This document shows, in pieces, positions 19,016 through 27,396 of a DNA stretch of 45,665 nucleotides. Source of the DNA: Planctomycetota bacterium (lineage in GTDB: Bacteria > Planctomycetota > UBA8108 > UBA1146). Both the position numbers and the translations under genes were made by a program. The DNA is taken from NCBI GenBank assembly GCA_050256555.1, contig JBBWWC010000067.1, positions 1 through 45,665 of the forward strand. The letters run 5' to 3'. Each line of letters starts with the position of its first letter. The stretch's first letter is position 1. Below the pieces are notes generated by a model. The model saw only the letters and a list, made by a program, of their open reading frames with translations. It did not search any database and was not told the DNA's origin.

Positions 19016-19483
19016 ATGCTGAAGACAGAAAAGGACTACACCGACCCCTACGTGCGCCAGTTGAGCCTCTTTCTCGACAACCGTGTAGGTAAGCTACGTG
19101 AGATCCTCCGATACCTGACAACAGAAGACATCCTTGTTCACGCCATCACTGTCGTCGACAGTGCAGATCATGCCATCGTTCGCTTAATCGTTGATCGCGT
19201 CGGAACCGCTCATCAGGTACTCGTCGAGCACGGTGTGCCTACATCAACAAATCCGATTCTGGCTGTAGAAGTCCCTAACGAACGAGCAGGACTGAGGATG
19301 ATTTGCCGCGCGCTGATTCATGCGGAAATCAATATTCACTATGCATATCCGATGCTAACTCGCCCACATGGATTTGGTGTTTTCATTGTTCACGTTGATG
19401 AAAACAATACCGCCAGAGAGCTTCTAATAGATGACGGCTTCAAGCTCCTCGACGAAAGTGATCTTGGGCTGGCAGGTATTTAG
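19016..19483 (+). CDS. ACT domain-containing protein
   Basis: Two ACT-like beta-alpha-beta-beta-alpha-beta modules: LSLFLDNRVGKLREIL......L.HAITV and RAGLRMICRAL....INIHYAYP. Confidence 0.65.
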   Translation: MLKTEKDYTDPYVRQLSLFLDNRVGKLREILRYLTTEDILVHAITVVDSADHAIVRLIVDRVGTAHQVLVEHGVPTSTNPILAVEVPNERAGLRMICRALIHAEINIHYAYPMLTRPHGFGVFIVHVDENNTARELLIDDGFKLLDESDLGLAGI

Positions 19484-19560
19484 CTAGATCCTTTTCAATA
19501 ACTAATCGGATGATCGCATAACCTATGAAATTATGCGTCGTACAAATAGGCTCCTGAAAG

Positions 19561-19602
19561 TTAAAAAGAAACCTCTCGACCCGAGGAGACAGGTCGAGAG
19601 GT
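19561..19602 (-). terminator. Rho-independent terminator reading on the minus strand
   Basis: An 11-bp perfect stem (19571-19581 / 19592-19602, ACCUCUCGACC...GGUCGAGAGGU) is followed on the minus strand by UUCUUUUUAA. There is no U-tract in the plus orientation. Confidence 0.65.
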
Positions 19603-19900
19603 AAGTGAAGTCTAGAAAAACCCAAACTCCACAGCGTGTCCCCCGAATCTCCCACGAAGACCTTACGACCCGAAGGTCGTGGTTGGTGCGTGCGTCTCTA
19701 CCGAAGTAGATATAGAAGACATCCCCCGAGGTCTTTCTATTGAACGCTTTAGCACCAGAGAGAAACTCTTAGTAAACTCCAGCATATCCAGAAGAGAATT
19801 TTCGCCTAGCCTAGCTAAACAGCAGCAGGAACATGAAATCCGAAGTTATAACTGGATCGTTGATCACGGAGAGGATGGTGTTTCCTCAGATTCAGGTGAA
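19603..19900 (-). ncRNA. Candidate structured RNA (unclassified), either a long structured 3-prime UTR of the cytochrome gene or an independent sRNA
   Basis: No credible ORF is present. Minus-strand hairpins carry C(UUCG)G tetraloops at 19697-19710 and 19665-19680, with a weaker one at 19837-19849. There is a 9-10 bp hairpin at 19712-19740, and the motif CGGGGGA occurs twice. The region ends at its own terminator. Boundaries are approximate. Confidence 0.35.
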
Positions 19901-19947
19901 TACATCGAGGCATGAAAGTCAGTGCAACCGATAGCCAGAAAAGACAC

Positions 19948-20745
19948 CTATTCTGGCGGCTTCACACCCTCTTTTACCCCGTCGATCGCCAACTGGATGA
20001 CATAACTGACAAGTTGGTCGATCTCTTCAGGTTTAAGAACCTGAAGCGGCATTTTTGCCTGTGCGTTATCAAAAGTTGGCTGTTTCAAATAACCATGAAG
20101 CCACAGTGACATCTTTCTTAATAGATCCGATTCCTCCTCGATAACGTCAAATAGATCCTTCTTGGCCTCATAGCGATGCGGGTCTTCCTGACGCAACGTC
20201 TCCAGGTGTGCCGGGAATATCTCCATTCGACCGAGCCGACGTACCGCTACTTGAACCAGAGGTGGCTGCAAAATTGCGCCACGACCATCCACTTTGTGGC
20301 AAAGGATACAGCGTCTTTTCGCCACCAGGTGCCCGAGTGTCGCTCTACGCTGGAAAGCCGGGTCATTCAACAAAGAAAGATCCGAAACGCTCTGAGGAAG
20401 GCCCGAGGCTTCCTCAGAGGGCTTGGGGGTGGGTGCAGGAGCAGGGTCTGACTTCTCTTCTGTTTCAGGTTGATCAAAACTCGGTTCATTCGTGACAGAT
20501 ATGTCCTGCTTGACAACTGGCTCTGTTATTGGCGCAGAAGTTTTGACCGGGACCTCAATCGTCGTTGGTACAGAATTCCCAGCGCTCTTTTGAACAGACG
20601 TGGAGCTCTGCTCTGAATTGTTTGAATCAACACTACACGAGATGACCGAAACCAAGAGCAAGCCGATGAACACAGGCGATAAACTTCTAAAGAAAGACAT
20701 CGATGGGAGATCATCCACTAGCTTTATTTGATCGAACTCCTTCAT
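19948..20745 (-). CDS. Membrane-anchored/lipoprotein c-type cytochrome
   Basis: One heme-binding CXXCH motif (RRCILCHKVDG). The N-terminal signal has a lipobox-like LLLVSVISC, followed by a Pro/Ser/Thr-rich linker. ATG 20700 is an alternative start. Confidence 0.7.
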   Translation of the reverse strand: MKEFDQIKLVDDLPSMSFFRSLSPVFIGLLLVSVISCSVDSNNSEQSSTSVQKSAGNSVPTTIEVPVKTSAPITEPVVKQDISVTNEPSFDQPETEEKSDPAPAPTPKPSEEASGLPQSVSDLSLLNDPAFQRRATLGHLVAKRRCILCHKVDGRGAILQPPLVQVAVRRLGRMEIFPAHLETLRQEDPHRYEAKKDLFDVIEEESDLLRKMSLWLHGYLKQPTFDNAQAKMPLQVLKPEEIDQLVSYVIQLAIDGVKEGVKPPE

Positions 20746-20913
20746 GTACCGGATCCTCCATCTTGCCTGGCATGGTCACTGCCGCGGGTCACTTCCTCTG
20801 ACCGCTACTTCTGACCACTGAGCCTAGTAGCCTGACTGCTTGGTGCAAGCCCATCGTTACACTCTCCCCGAATCGACAACACCATGCTAGGATGCCGACA
20901 AGGAGGCATAACG

Positions 20914-21999
20914 ATGCATACCAGAGCCCAACTACTTTTTTGGGGATTCAGCTTCTTGCTGGTGTTTTTGAGCCCAATGAAGACACATGCTGGTGATCTT
21001 GATGCAAATATGAAGATCGTCGAAGAACTCGAAGAGCTCTTTGAAGTTGAGGTCAAAAAAAGCGACTCACGTTCCGCTGTAAAATTGTTTGAGCCACGGT
21101 TCGAGGCTCTGGCGAAGGATTTCGCCGGAACAGAGAGTGGACTTCGTGCTGAACTGTGGGTTCTACGAAACCACTGGTGGAAACGGGCTGCTGGAACCAT
21201 GGAAACCGCTTCCACACAACTAGCACTACGCCTCATCGATGAATATCCCGAATCAGCGCAACTGACCCGAATCGCAGAATTCCGTTATCTCTATGGCAAA
21301 GATGGTGTACTTCCTATGATGGATGCTCTCATCAAAGCGAGTCCACATGATCGGGTAGATGCATATGCACTTCACGCCAAGGCCTACAGTCTTGGTCGAA
21401 GCAAAGAAGAAACTGACATCGCCATAAAACGCCAGAGCCTCGAATTGCTGAGCCAACAATATGGAGACGTTGCCTTTCGCGATACCACATTTGGAGCCAT
21501 CGCAACGGCGATGCTGTCGCCACATCCAAAAGAAAATCTCGAAATCGGGAAAGTGGCTCCAGAAATCGAAGGCATGGATGTCGATGAAAACCCAATCAAG
21601 CTTTCAGACTATCGTGGAAAGATCGTGTTAATTGATTTCTGGGGAGACTGGTGAGGACCTTGCAGGGCGATGTACCCACACGAGCGGTCGCTCGTGGAGA
21701 AATACAATGAACATTTCGTCATCGTCGGAATCAACTCTGACCGCGGTCGTGATCGACTCAAGGAAGCGAAGGCACGCGAGAATATTTCATGGACTTCCTT
21801 TTATGATGGAGGGGGAACAGGAGGTCCAATTGCCACCCGCTGGGGTGTCACTGGCTGGCCAACCCTGTTCTTACTCGATAAAACTGGAACCATCCGGCAC
21901 CGCGGGTTACGAGGGGAAAAACTGGAAACTGCAATCCGGGAGCTCCTCAAGGAGATGGGAGTCGAGCTTCCACCGGAGCCAAGAAAAGAAGAACTCTAA
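20914..21999 (+). CDS. TlpA/ResA-like thioredoxin-fold thiol:disulfide oxidoreductase, probable selenoprotein (UGA 21652-21654 read as Sec)
   Basis: Track ORFs 20884..21654 and 21670..21999 are in the same frame. Read-through gives IVLIDFWGDW-U-GPCRAMYPHERSLVEKYNEHFVIVGINSD....W..TGWPTLFLLDKTG. The start ATG 20914 is preceded by AGGAGG (20901-20906) and followed by a signal peptide. Confidence 0.8.
21652..21699 (+). promoter_or_regulatory. In-frame UGA plus candidate bacterial SECIS hairpin
   Basis: UGA lies at 21652-21654. The hairpin CACGAGC-GGUC-GCUCGUG lies at 21679-21696, with a 7-bp stem and a G-containing apical loop, and starts about 25 nt after the UGA. Confidence 0.6.
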
Positions 22000-22709
22000 C
22001 GATTACGGGCAGTACGGTCATGGCGGACCCGACGAATCAGAGCGCGGAACATCTGAATTCCATCTCGTATTGGACGAACAGTGCTCTTCTTTGCATCGGA
22101 CCAGACAATGGGGACCTCTGCGATGACAAACCCCTGCCTGCGAGCCTCCAGAAGAATTTCGATATCGAAGGCAAATCCTTCTTCTTGTAGTTGATCAAAG
22201 ATCGGTAAGAACTTCTCTCTTTGGAATGCTTTGCAACCACACTGGGTATCTCTCACAGGAAGATCAGCGATCAGGCGAACTAATCTGCGGAACAAAGATC
22301 CCATCCATACTCGTAACGCCCCCTGGGAAACTGCGATTCTAGATCCCACAACATGGCGAGAACCACAAGCAAGATCAGCTCCCTCATCCAGAGCTGCCAG
22401 CAGAAGTAGTAACATTTCCGGAGGAGCGGAAAGATCCAGATCAAGATATGCAATCCGATCTCCACGAGCAGAAAGTACCCCACGACGAACCGCCGCCCCC
22501 TTGCCACGATGCCGATCCAGCGATTCGAACCGCAATCGTTGATCGCGTTTCATCAGCGGGCTCAGGACAGAACTGGGATCATCTGAACAACCATCCGAGA
22601 CGATGATCAATTCTCCGCTGATCTCACTTTCAAGGAACCCCAGTACCCTCTCGACCGTCTTCTCTAGCAGAGGAACCCCGTTACGGACCGGTATCACCAC
22701 CGAAAGCAC
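21996..22709 (-). CDS. Family 2 glycosyltransferase (polyprenol-phosphate sugar synthase type)
   Basis: Contains LSVVIPVRNG, IIVSDGCSDD, AYLDLDLS and GFAFDIEIL. Confidence 0.85.
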   Translation of the reverse strand: MLSVVIPVRNGVPLLEKTVERVLGFLESEISGELIIVSDGCSDDPSSVLSPLMKRDQRLRFESLDRHRGKGAAVRRGVLSARGDRIAYLDLDLSAPPEMLLLLLAALDEGADLACGSRHVVGSRIAVSQGALRVWMGSLFRRLVRLIADLPVRDTQCGCKAFQREKFLPIFDQLQEEGFAFDIEILLEARRQGFVIAEVPIVWSDAKKSTVRPIRDGIQMFRALIRRVRHDRTARNR

Positions 22710-22771
22710 AGCTCCTCCTCTCGTACATCTAGTCGCTCGAAAAAACGTCTTCGAGAATCACATTCCGGTCC

Positions 22772-24067
22772 ATGATGAGCGCACGAGCAGCCCTCACGGG
22801 CAAGCCCGTCCTTCTCGATACCCAAGAATATGCCGATTGGGGCAAAAGATGGGATTCTTATAGGGAAAGTATAGGTTTTCGAGAAAGGCATGATGGCGTG
22901 AATAAGGAATCGGGTGATCGGATTGCTCTGGTATTGGGTGGCGGTGGCGCTCGCGCTGCTTACCAAGCTGGATTTCTCCGGTACATCGGTCGCAGACTAC
23001 CTCAACTGCGATTTTCGATACTTTCCGGTACGTCGGCCGGAGCCATCAATACTGTCCATCTTGCTCGCCATCAGGGATCTCTTTACCAGGCAGCGGAAGA
23101 TCTTCGTAAATTATGGTCACAGCTGACGATGGACCAGGTATTCGCTGCCGACACCGGGTCGTTGATCAAAATCGTCACCCGATGGGGACTGCGCCTCATC
23201 AGTGGCGGAAGCTCGCTGGCACCCACAACCCGTGGCCTTGTCGACACGACCCCGTTAAGAAAATTTCTCGAGAAAGCTTCGCACTCACTGGAAAATGGAA
23301 AAATTCCAGGCATCGAGGAAAACATCTTGAGGGGACGACTTCACTCACTCGCCATCACCACTACCGATTATGGCACTGGCCGTTCCGTCACCTGGATACA
23401 TGGAAAAAATGCCAATGAATGGGAACGAACCTATCGCTCCGGGATTCAAACAAAAATACGCCTCGACCATATCATGGCTTCAAGTGCCATCCCTCTTGTC
23501 TTCCCGGCGGTAAAAATCGAGGACTCCTGGCATGGCGATGGAGGTATTCGTCAAACAACCCCACTCTCTCCCGTGATGCACATGGGAGCAGATCGTATTC
23601 TTGCCATCTCGACACGAAACTTACCCGATGACATCCAGCCTGAAAAAACCGTTTCGGGCGGCTATCCACCACCGGCGCAAGTAGCTGGCGTACTGATGAA
23701 TGCCATATTCCTGGATGCGTTGGAGTTTGATTCCAGTAACGTTCAAAGATTCAACAAACTGCTGGAAAAGTTACCGGCAGAAGAAAGAGGAAATCTTCGA
23801 CCAGTCGAACTTCTTACTGCACGCCCCAGTGAAGATCCTGGAATACTGGCCAGTGATTTCGAGGCTCGTCTTCCTGGCCCCTTCCGCTTCCTCGAACGAG
23901 GACTAGGAACCCAGGAAACAGAAAGCCATGACTTGCTCTCCTTGTTGATGTTCCAGCCCGAATACATCGAAGCATTACTATCTTTAGGTGAAAAGGACGC
24001 CCGTGATCGTGCCGATGAGGTAATCCCTTTCCTCCTCGGTGATCGAAAAGCATCCTTCATCTCTTAG
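22772..24067 (+). CDS. Patatin-like phospholipase family protein
   Basis: Oxyanion GGGGARAAYQAG, nucleophile elbow GTSAG, and catalytic Asp in HGDGGIR. Confidence 0.9.
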   Translation: MMSARAALTGKPVLLDTQEYADWGKRWDSYRESIGFRERHDGVNKESGDRIALVLGGGGARAAYQAGFLRYIGRRLPQLRFSILSGTSAGAINTVHLARHQGSLYQAAEDLRKLWSQLTMDQVFAADTGSLIKIVTRWGLRLISGGSSLAPTTRGLVDTTPLRKFLEKASHSLENGKIPGIEENILRGRLHSLAITTTDYGTGRSVTWIHGKNANEWERTYRSGIQTKIRLDHIMASSAIPLVFPAVKIEDSWHGDGGIRQTTPLSPVMHMGADRILAISTRNLPDDIQPEKTVSGGYPPPAQVAGVLMNAIFLDALEFDSSNVQRFNKLLEKLPAEERGNLRPVELLTARPSEDPGILASDFEARLPGPFRFLERGLGTQETESHDLLSLLMFQPEYIEALLSLGEKDARDRADEVIPFLLGDRKASFIS

Positions 24068-24480
24068 TCTCGAACAACTTTCCCTTTTACTTTTTGGGTA
24101 TTTTGTAGCTGCACTCGAACTGCATGACTAGCGGCATCAGGGATAATCGCATTTCGGATCACACCAGTTCCATCCTGATACCAGAGAATCGCTGCTGATT
24201 CATTTCCTGTAATTCCAACAAGATTACCGTAATGCTGCGGCAACAGTAGTTGGGTCCGTTGTTCTGAATGACCACGTGCAGGTCTCGGCTTCCCCAATCC
24301 ATCGACTCCAATGGAAATGTCGTAACTCTCTTCAATTTTTTGCGCCTCCCAGAGTCCGATCAATCCCGGATAATCAGCAGAGGCGGATGTTCCCCCACCG
24401 ATGGCCCAGCCAGCAGTAACTCCAAAAATGACGCCGCAAAACAGTCCAATCATGGAGCCTTGAACCCAAATCTTCTTCAT
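24064..24480 (-). CDS. Hypothetical membrane-anchored protein (138 aa)
   Basis: There is a single N-terminal TM segment (GSMIGLFCGVIFGVTAGWAIGG) and no recognisable domain. Its stop overlaps the patatin stop by 4 nt. Confidence 0.5.
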   Translation of the reverse strand: MKKIWVQGSMIGLFCGVIFGVTAGWAIGGGTSASADYPGLIGLWEAQKIEESYDISIGVDGLGKPRPARGHSEQRTQLLLPQHYGNLVGITGNESAAILWYQDGTGVIRNAIIPDAASHAVRVQLQNTQKVKGKVVRD

Positions 24481-24617
24481 CCGCTTTTCTCCTTAATCTC
24501 AGAATTCTTGCCGACAATCATAGTTCTCTCGTCTTGACCATTGGATCATGCACAAGATCACACGGAAAGAAATGACTCTGTTGATCAGGGTTGCCCATCG
24601 TCCTTCTCTACCTGACG

Positions 24618-25754
24618 ATGGCGCCGATACAGCTCATGATTCACGGAGGTCCGATGCTAGCTTCTCTCGCTACACTTCTTCTGCTACTTGGGAGTTTCTC
24701 CTCATCATTTGGAGACCTTTCCTCACAAACACCCGATTCAGATCCAACCACGACTGCCATTGCATTCTGGAATCTTGAAAACCTCTTCGACTATGAAGAC
24801 GATCTCGAGAATTCAGGAGATGATGAATTTTTGCCGGCCAAGGAATGGGATCAGGAACGTTATTCCCGAAAACTATCTCACCTGGCAAAAGCTATCGATT
24901 CACTCGATACGAATCTTCTAGCCGTGTGTGAGGTTGAAAATCGTCGGGTCCTCGAAGATCTGATCTCCCAACCAATCCTCAAGCTTGACGAATGGAAAAT
25001 TGCGCACATCGACTCACCGGATCATAGGGGGATCGACCTGGCCCTTCTCTATCGGAGCCCTTTTCTGTTGAAAGAACCACCGACCCTCCATCCGATCGAC
25101 ATGGGAGAAGGCAACATAGCCACTCGTGGAGTGCTAGAAGTACCCATGGAAGTTTCAGGAAACTCATTCACCGTACTCGTAAATCACTGGCCATCACGCT
25201 ATGGCGGTGCCGAAAAAAGCGCTCCGAAGCGAGCCGCTGCAGCTTTGACCGCAAGAAGCGTCATCGATCGGATTCTTACCATCGATCCTCATGCAGACAT
25301 CATTGTTATGGGAGACTTGAATGACGACCCATGGGATGAGTCAGTTCTCGGAGTACTGAAAGCCGTTCGCGAAAAGAGATCGGTCGTTCATCCATACAAT
25401 TCCACACCTAAAAAGGATCAGCCTTTTTCTCCACGCCTGTGGAATCCTTCCTGGAGTTTCGCCTCGGATTCCGATACGGGAACCTACTACTACTGGAACG
25501 ATTGGACCTGGAACTGCTTCGATCAGATTATCGTTAGCCCAGGGCTGCTCGATGAAAAAGGCCTGGTACTTCTGAACAACTCAGTGGAGATCCATCAGCC
25601 AGATTTCATGACCGACAGCGATAAAAACGCCAACAGGCCGGCCAGATTCAGAAAATTCAGGGGGAACTGGGAAGAAGGCTATAGCGATCACTTCCCTGTA
25701 AAAGCGAAGATAAAGGTCATCCGCGAGAAATCCGGTCAAATTAAGACCCCATAG
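24618..25754 (+). CDS. Secreted endonuclease/exonuclease/phosphatase (EEP) family protein
   Basis: Contains IAFWNLENLF, LLAVCEVEN, VLVNHWPSR, IVMGDLNDDP and YSDHFPV. The track start is TTG 24591; I take the first ATG at 24618. ATG 24654, giving MLASLATLLLLLGSF, is also possible. Confidence 0.85.
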   Translation: MAPIQLMIHGGPMLASLATLLLLLGSFSSSFGDLSSQTPDSDPTTTAIAFWNLENLFDYEDDLENSGDDEFLPAKEWDQERYSRKLSHLAKAIDSLDTNLLAVCEVENRRVLEDLISQPILKLDEWKIAHIDSPDHRGIDLALLYRSPFLLKEPPTLHPIDMGEGNIATRGVLEVPMEVSGNSFTVLVNHWPSRYGGAEKSAPKRAAAALTARSVIDRILTIDPHADIIVMGDLNDDPWDESVLGVLKAVREKRSVVHPYNSTPKKDQPFSPRLWNPSWSFASDSDTGTYYYWNDWTWNCFDQIIVSPGLLDEKGLVLLNNSVEIHQPDFMTDSDKNANRPARFRKFRGNWEEGYSDHFPVKAKIKVIREKSGQIKTP

Positions 25755-25890
25755 CACGTCAAAAGATGGGGGAAATCACACGCCCGCTCGGGTAGCCTCA
25801 TGTCGTTCGACGCAAATTTTAATTCAACGTCTAAACCACCCGGAGTTACTACCAAACAACTCTTGGTTTGAAAGAAAGGAAGTCAATTCA

Positions 25891-26556
25891 ATGCTTTCAC
25901 TTTTATTGACACTCGCAATGACAACCGTAGCACCAATGGCAGAGACCGTTCCCGCCACCGAAGCCTATCCTCTGGAAACCTGTGCTGTGGCCGGAAAGAA
26001 ACTCGGATCGATGGGGAAGCCCATAGATTACGTTCATGAGGGTCGCCAGGTACGTTTTTGTTGCAGAGGTTGCGTACCAAAGTTCAAGAGCAATCCAGAA
26101 CAGTACCTTGCCGCTGTTGATGCGAAAATCATCGAAACACAAAAGAAGAACTATCCCACCGATACCTGTCTTCTCTCGCAACAGAAGCTAGACAACACCG
26201 CAAAAGAAATCGTGATCAATAACCGACTCGTTCGCCTTTGCTGTGGCCGCTGCGTGAAAAAGATAAAGGCAGACCCGCAATCGATTTTCAAGAAGCTGGA
26301 CGCCGCCATCTTGAAAGCTCAAGCCAAAAGCTACCCTCTCACTACATGCGTGATTTCTGGTGAAGATCTCAACAGCATGGGCAAGCCGAAAGATGTGATC
26401 GTCGGTAACACATTGATCAAAGTTTGCTGTAAAGGATGCGTCTCCAAGGTTACTGCAGACCCAGCTAAGTTCATCGAGATGGTTCAATCGGCAAAAAAAT
26501 CTGGCGGCAATAAAGAAAAGAAAACAGCGCCAAAAAAAGCAGCCGGTAGCCAGTAG
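25891..26556 (+). CDS. Secreted protein with three tandem TRASH/YHS-like Cys-rich (putative metal-binding) modules and a Lys-rich tail
   Basis: A signal peptide is followed by three ~62-aa repeats of YP..TC-x(20-22)-CC..C..K....P. Examples are YPLETCAVAGKKLGSMGKPIDYVHEGRQVRFCCRGCVPKF and YPLTTCVISGEDLNSMGKPKDVIVGNTLIKVCCKGCVSKV. Confidence 0.7.
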   Translation: MLSLLLTLAMTTVAPMAETVPATEAYPLETCAVAGKKLGSMGKPIDYVHEGRQVRFCCRGCVPKFKSNPEQYLAAVDAKIIETQKKNYPTDTCLLSQQKLDNTAKEIVINNRLVRLCCGRCVKKIKADPQSIFKKLDAAILKAQAKSYPLTTCVISGEDLNSMGKPKDVIVGNTLIKVCCKGCVSKVTADPAKFIEMVQSAKKSGGNKEKKTAPKKAAGSQ

Positions 26557-26597
26557 GTAGCAGGCGAGAACAACTCTGGAGTAGTTAAGCTGATACT

Positions 26598-26643
26598 GGA
26601 CGGCGCCACCTCCCCTGCGGGAAGTGGCGCCGTCCTTACTTCT
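26598..26643 (+). terminator. Rho-independent terminator after the TRASH-repeat gene
   Basis: A perfect 12-bp GC-rich stem GGACGGCGCCAC (26598-26609) / GUGGCGCCGUCC (26624-26635) is followed by UUACUUCU. Confidence 0.7.
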
Positions 26644-26706
26644 AACAACAGATCACAACACAACCTTGTTTTTTACAGTACGATAAAAACAGATCAGGAG
26701 GCAAAA

Positions 26707-27060
26707 ATGCCATTCAATGAAAAGATACAGTATTCGATTGTCAACCTCGTCGAAGCTTTCGAAGAACTACAAGGGCACCTGGAAGTAAAACACTTCGGCC
26801 AGGCCCTCGATGAAAACACTGACTTCGAAAATCTACCCGAGACCGCTAAAGAAAATCTGGATTCCGATTTTCATGACGTAATGGTCAACGTCATCGAAGG
26901 CCTTGATAGCCAAAAGAAACTCGACATCCGCGATGTCGAAGCAGTTTCCGGGATTCTTCTCGATGCTATCGATGAAGTTTTCCCGCTCGAAGAAGTCTCA
27001 GATGAGGAAGTCTCAGATGAAGAAGTCTCAGATGAAGAAATCGCTGCGGAAGAAATTTGA
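26707..27060 (+). CDS. Hypothetical small acidic protein with a C-terminal (EEVSD)3 repeat
   Basis: AGGAGG lies 6 nt upstream of the ATG. The 117-aa product is strongly acidic, with no recognised domain. Confidence 0.6.
   Translation: MPFNEKIQYSIVNLVEAFEELQGHLEVKHFGQALDENTDFENLPETAKENLDSDFHDVMVNVIEGLDSQKKLDIRDVEAVSGILLDAIDEVFPLEEVSDEEVSDEEVSDEEIAAEEI
26989..27033 (+). repeat. 15-bp in-frame tandem repeat x3 encoding (EEVSD)3
   Basis: gaagaagtctcagat / gaggaagtctcagat / gaagaagtctcagat. Confidence 0.9.
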
Positions 27061-27067
27061 TTCCTCC

Positions 27068-27265
27068 TCAAGGACTCGATTCCTCGGCATCTTCTTGAAG
27101 TAGATCGATTGAAACTTTTCTAATCAGCGCGCCTAGCTTTCCTTCTGAGGAAGTTAGGCGCGTTTCCAATTTATTAATCACCTGCTGTAACTTTTCTACC
27201 TGACGCTCATTGAAGGCCAATCGCACCTCAAGATCAGTGAAATACTCTTTTCCTTCTTCGCTCAT
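27068..27265 (-). CDS. slyX: SlyX family protein
   Basis: A 65-aa coiled-coil protein. LEVRLAFNERQVEKLQQVINKLE resembles the SlyX core LE.R.AFQE..I..LN..V. Confidence 0.6.
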   Translation of the reverse strand: MSEEGKEYFTDLEVRLAFNERQVEKLQQVINKLETRLTSSEGKLGALIRKVSIDLLQEDAEESSP

Positions 27266-27335
27266 TGAAGCCTCCTACTTTGCAAAGCTAACGGAATCTA
27301 CCTGCCCTCCATCATCTCACAATTTTGCTCGAATT

Positions 27336-27371
27336 AAAAAGGGTCGGAGAAGATCTGATCTTCTCCGACCC
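27336..27371 (-). terminator. Rho-independent terminator of giant gene 1
   Basis: A 15-bp perfect inverted repeat GGGTCGGAGAAGATC-T-GATCTTCTCCGACCC (27341-27371) is followed on the minus strand by UUUUUAAUU. Confidence 0.8.
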
Positions 27372-27396
27372 ATAAAACCCTTGATCAAGGTATTCG

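Noticed and set aside
19561-19947. Possibility that the structured region is tmRNA, RNase P RNA or SRP RNA
   Set aside because: I found no tRNA-like acceptor/T-arm (GGnnnUUCGAnnnnCC ... CCA) at either end. I also found no P4 GAGGAAAGUCC element and no SRP domain-IV GGAA/AGCA motif, and a tag-like reading frame (PAAV-stop) is unconvincing. It is kept only as an unclassified RNA candidate.
21632-22126. 164-aa plus-strand ORF
   Set aside because: It is an alternative frame overlapping both the C-terminal half of the redoxin and the 3-prime end of the GT2 gene, with no motifs.
22772-25754. Patatin phospholipase, small membrane protein and EEP nuclease as a possible defence (CBASS-like) cluster
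   Set aside because: No nucleotidyltransferase, sensor, NTPase or other signalling component is present. The genes are on alternating strands with separate signals. The nuclease has a secretion signal, and the patatin looks like an ordinary RssA-type enzyme.
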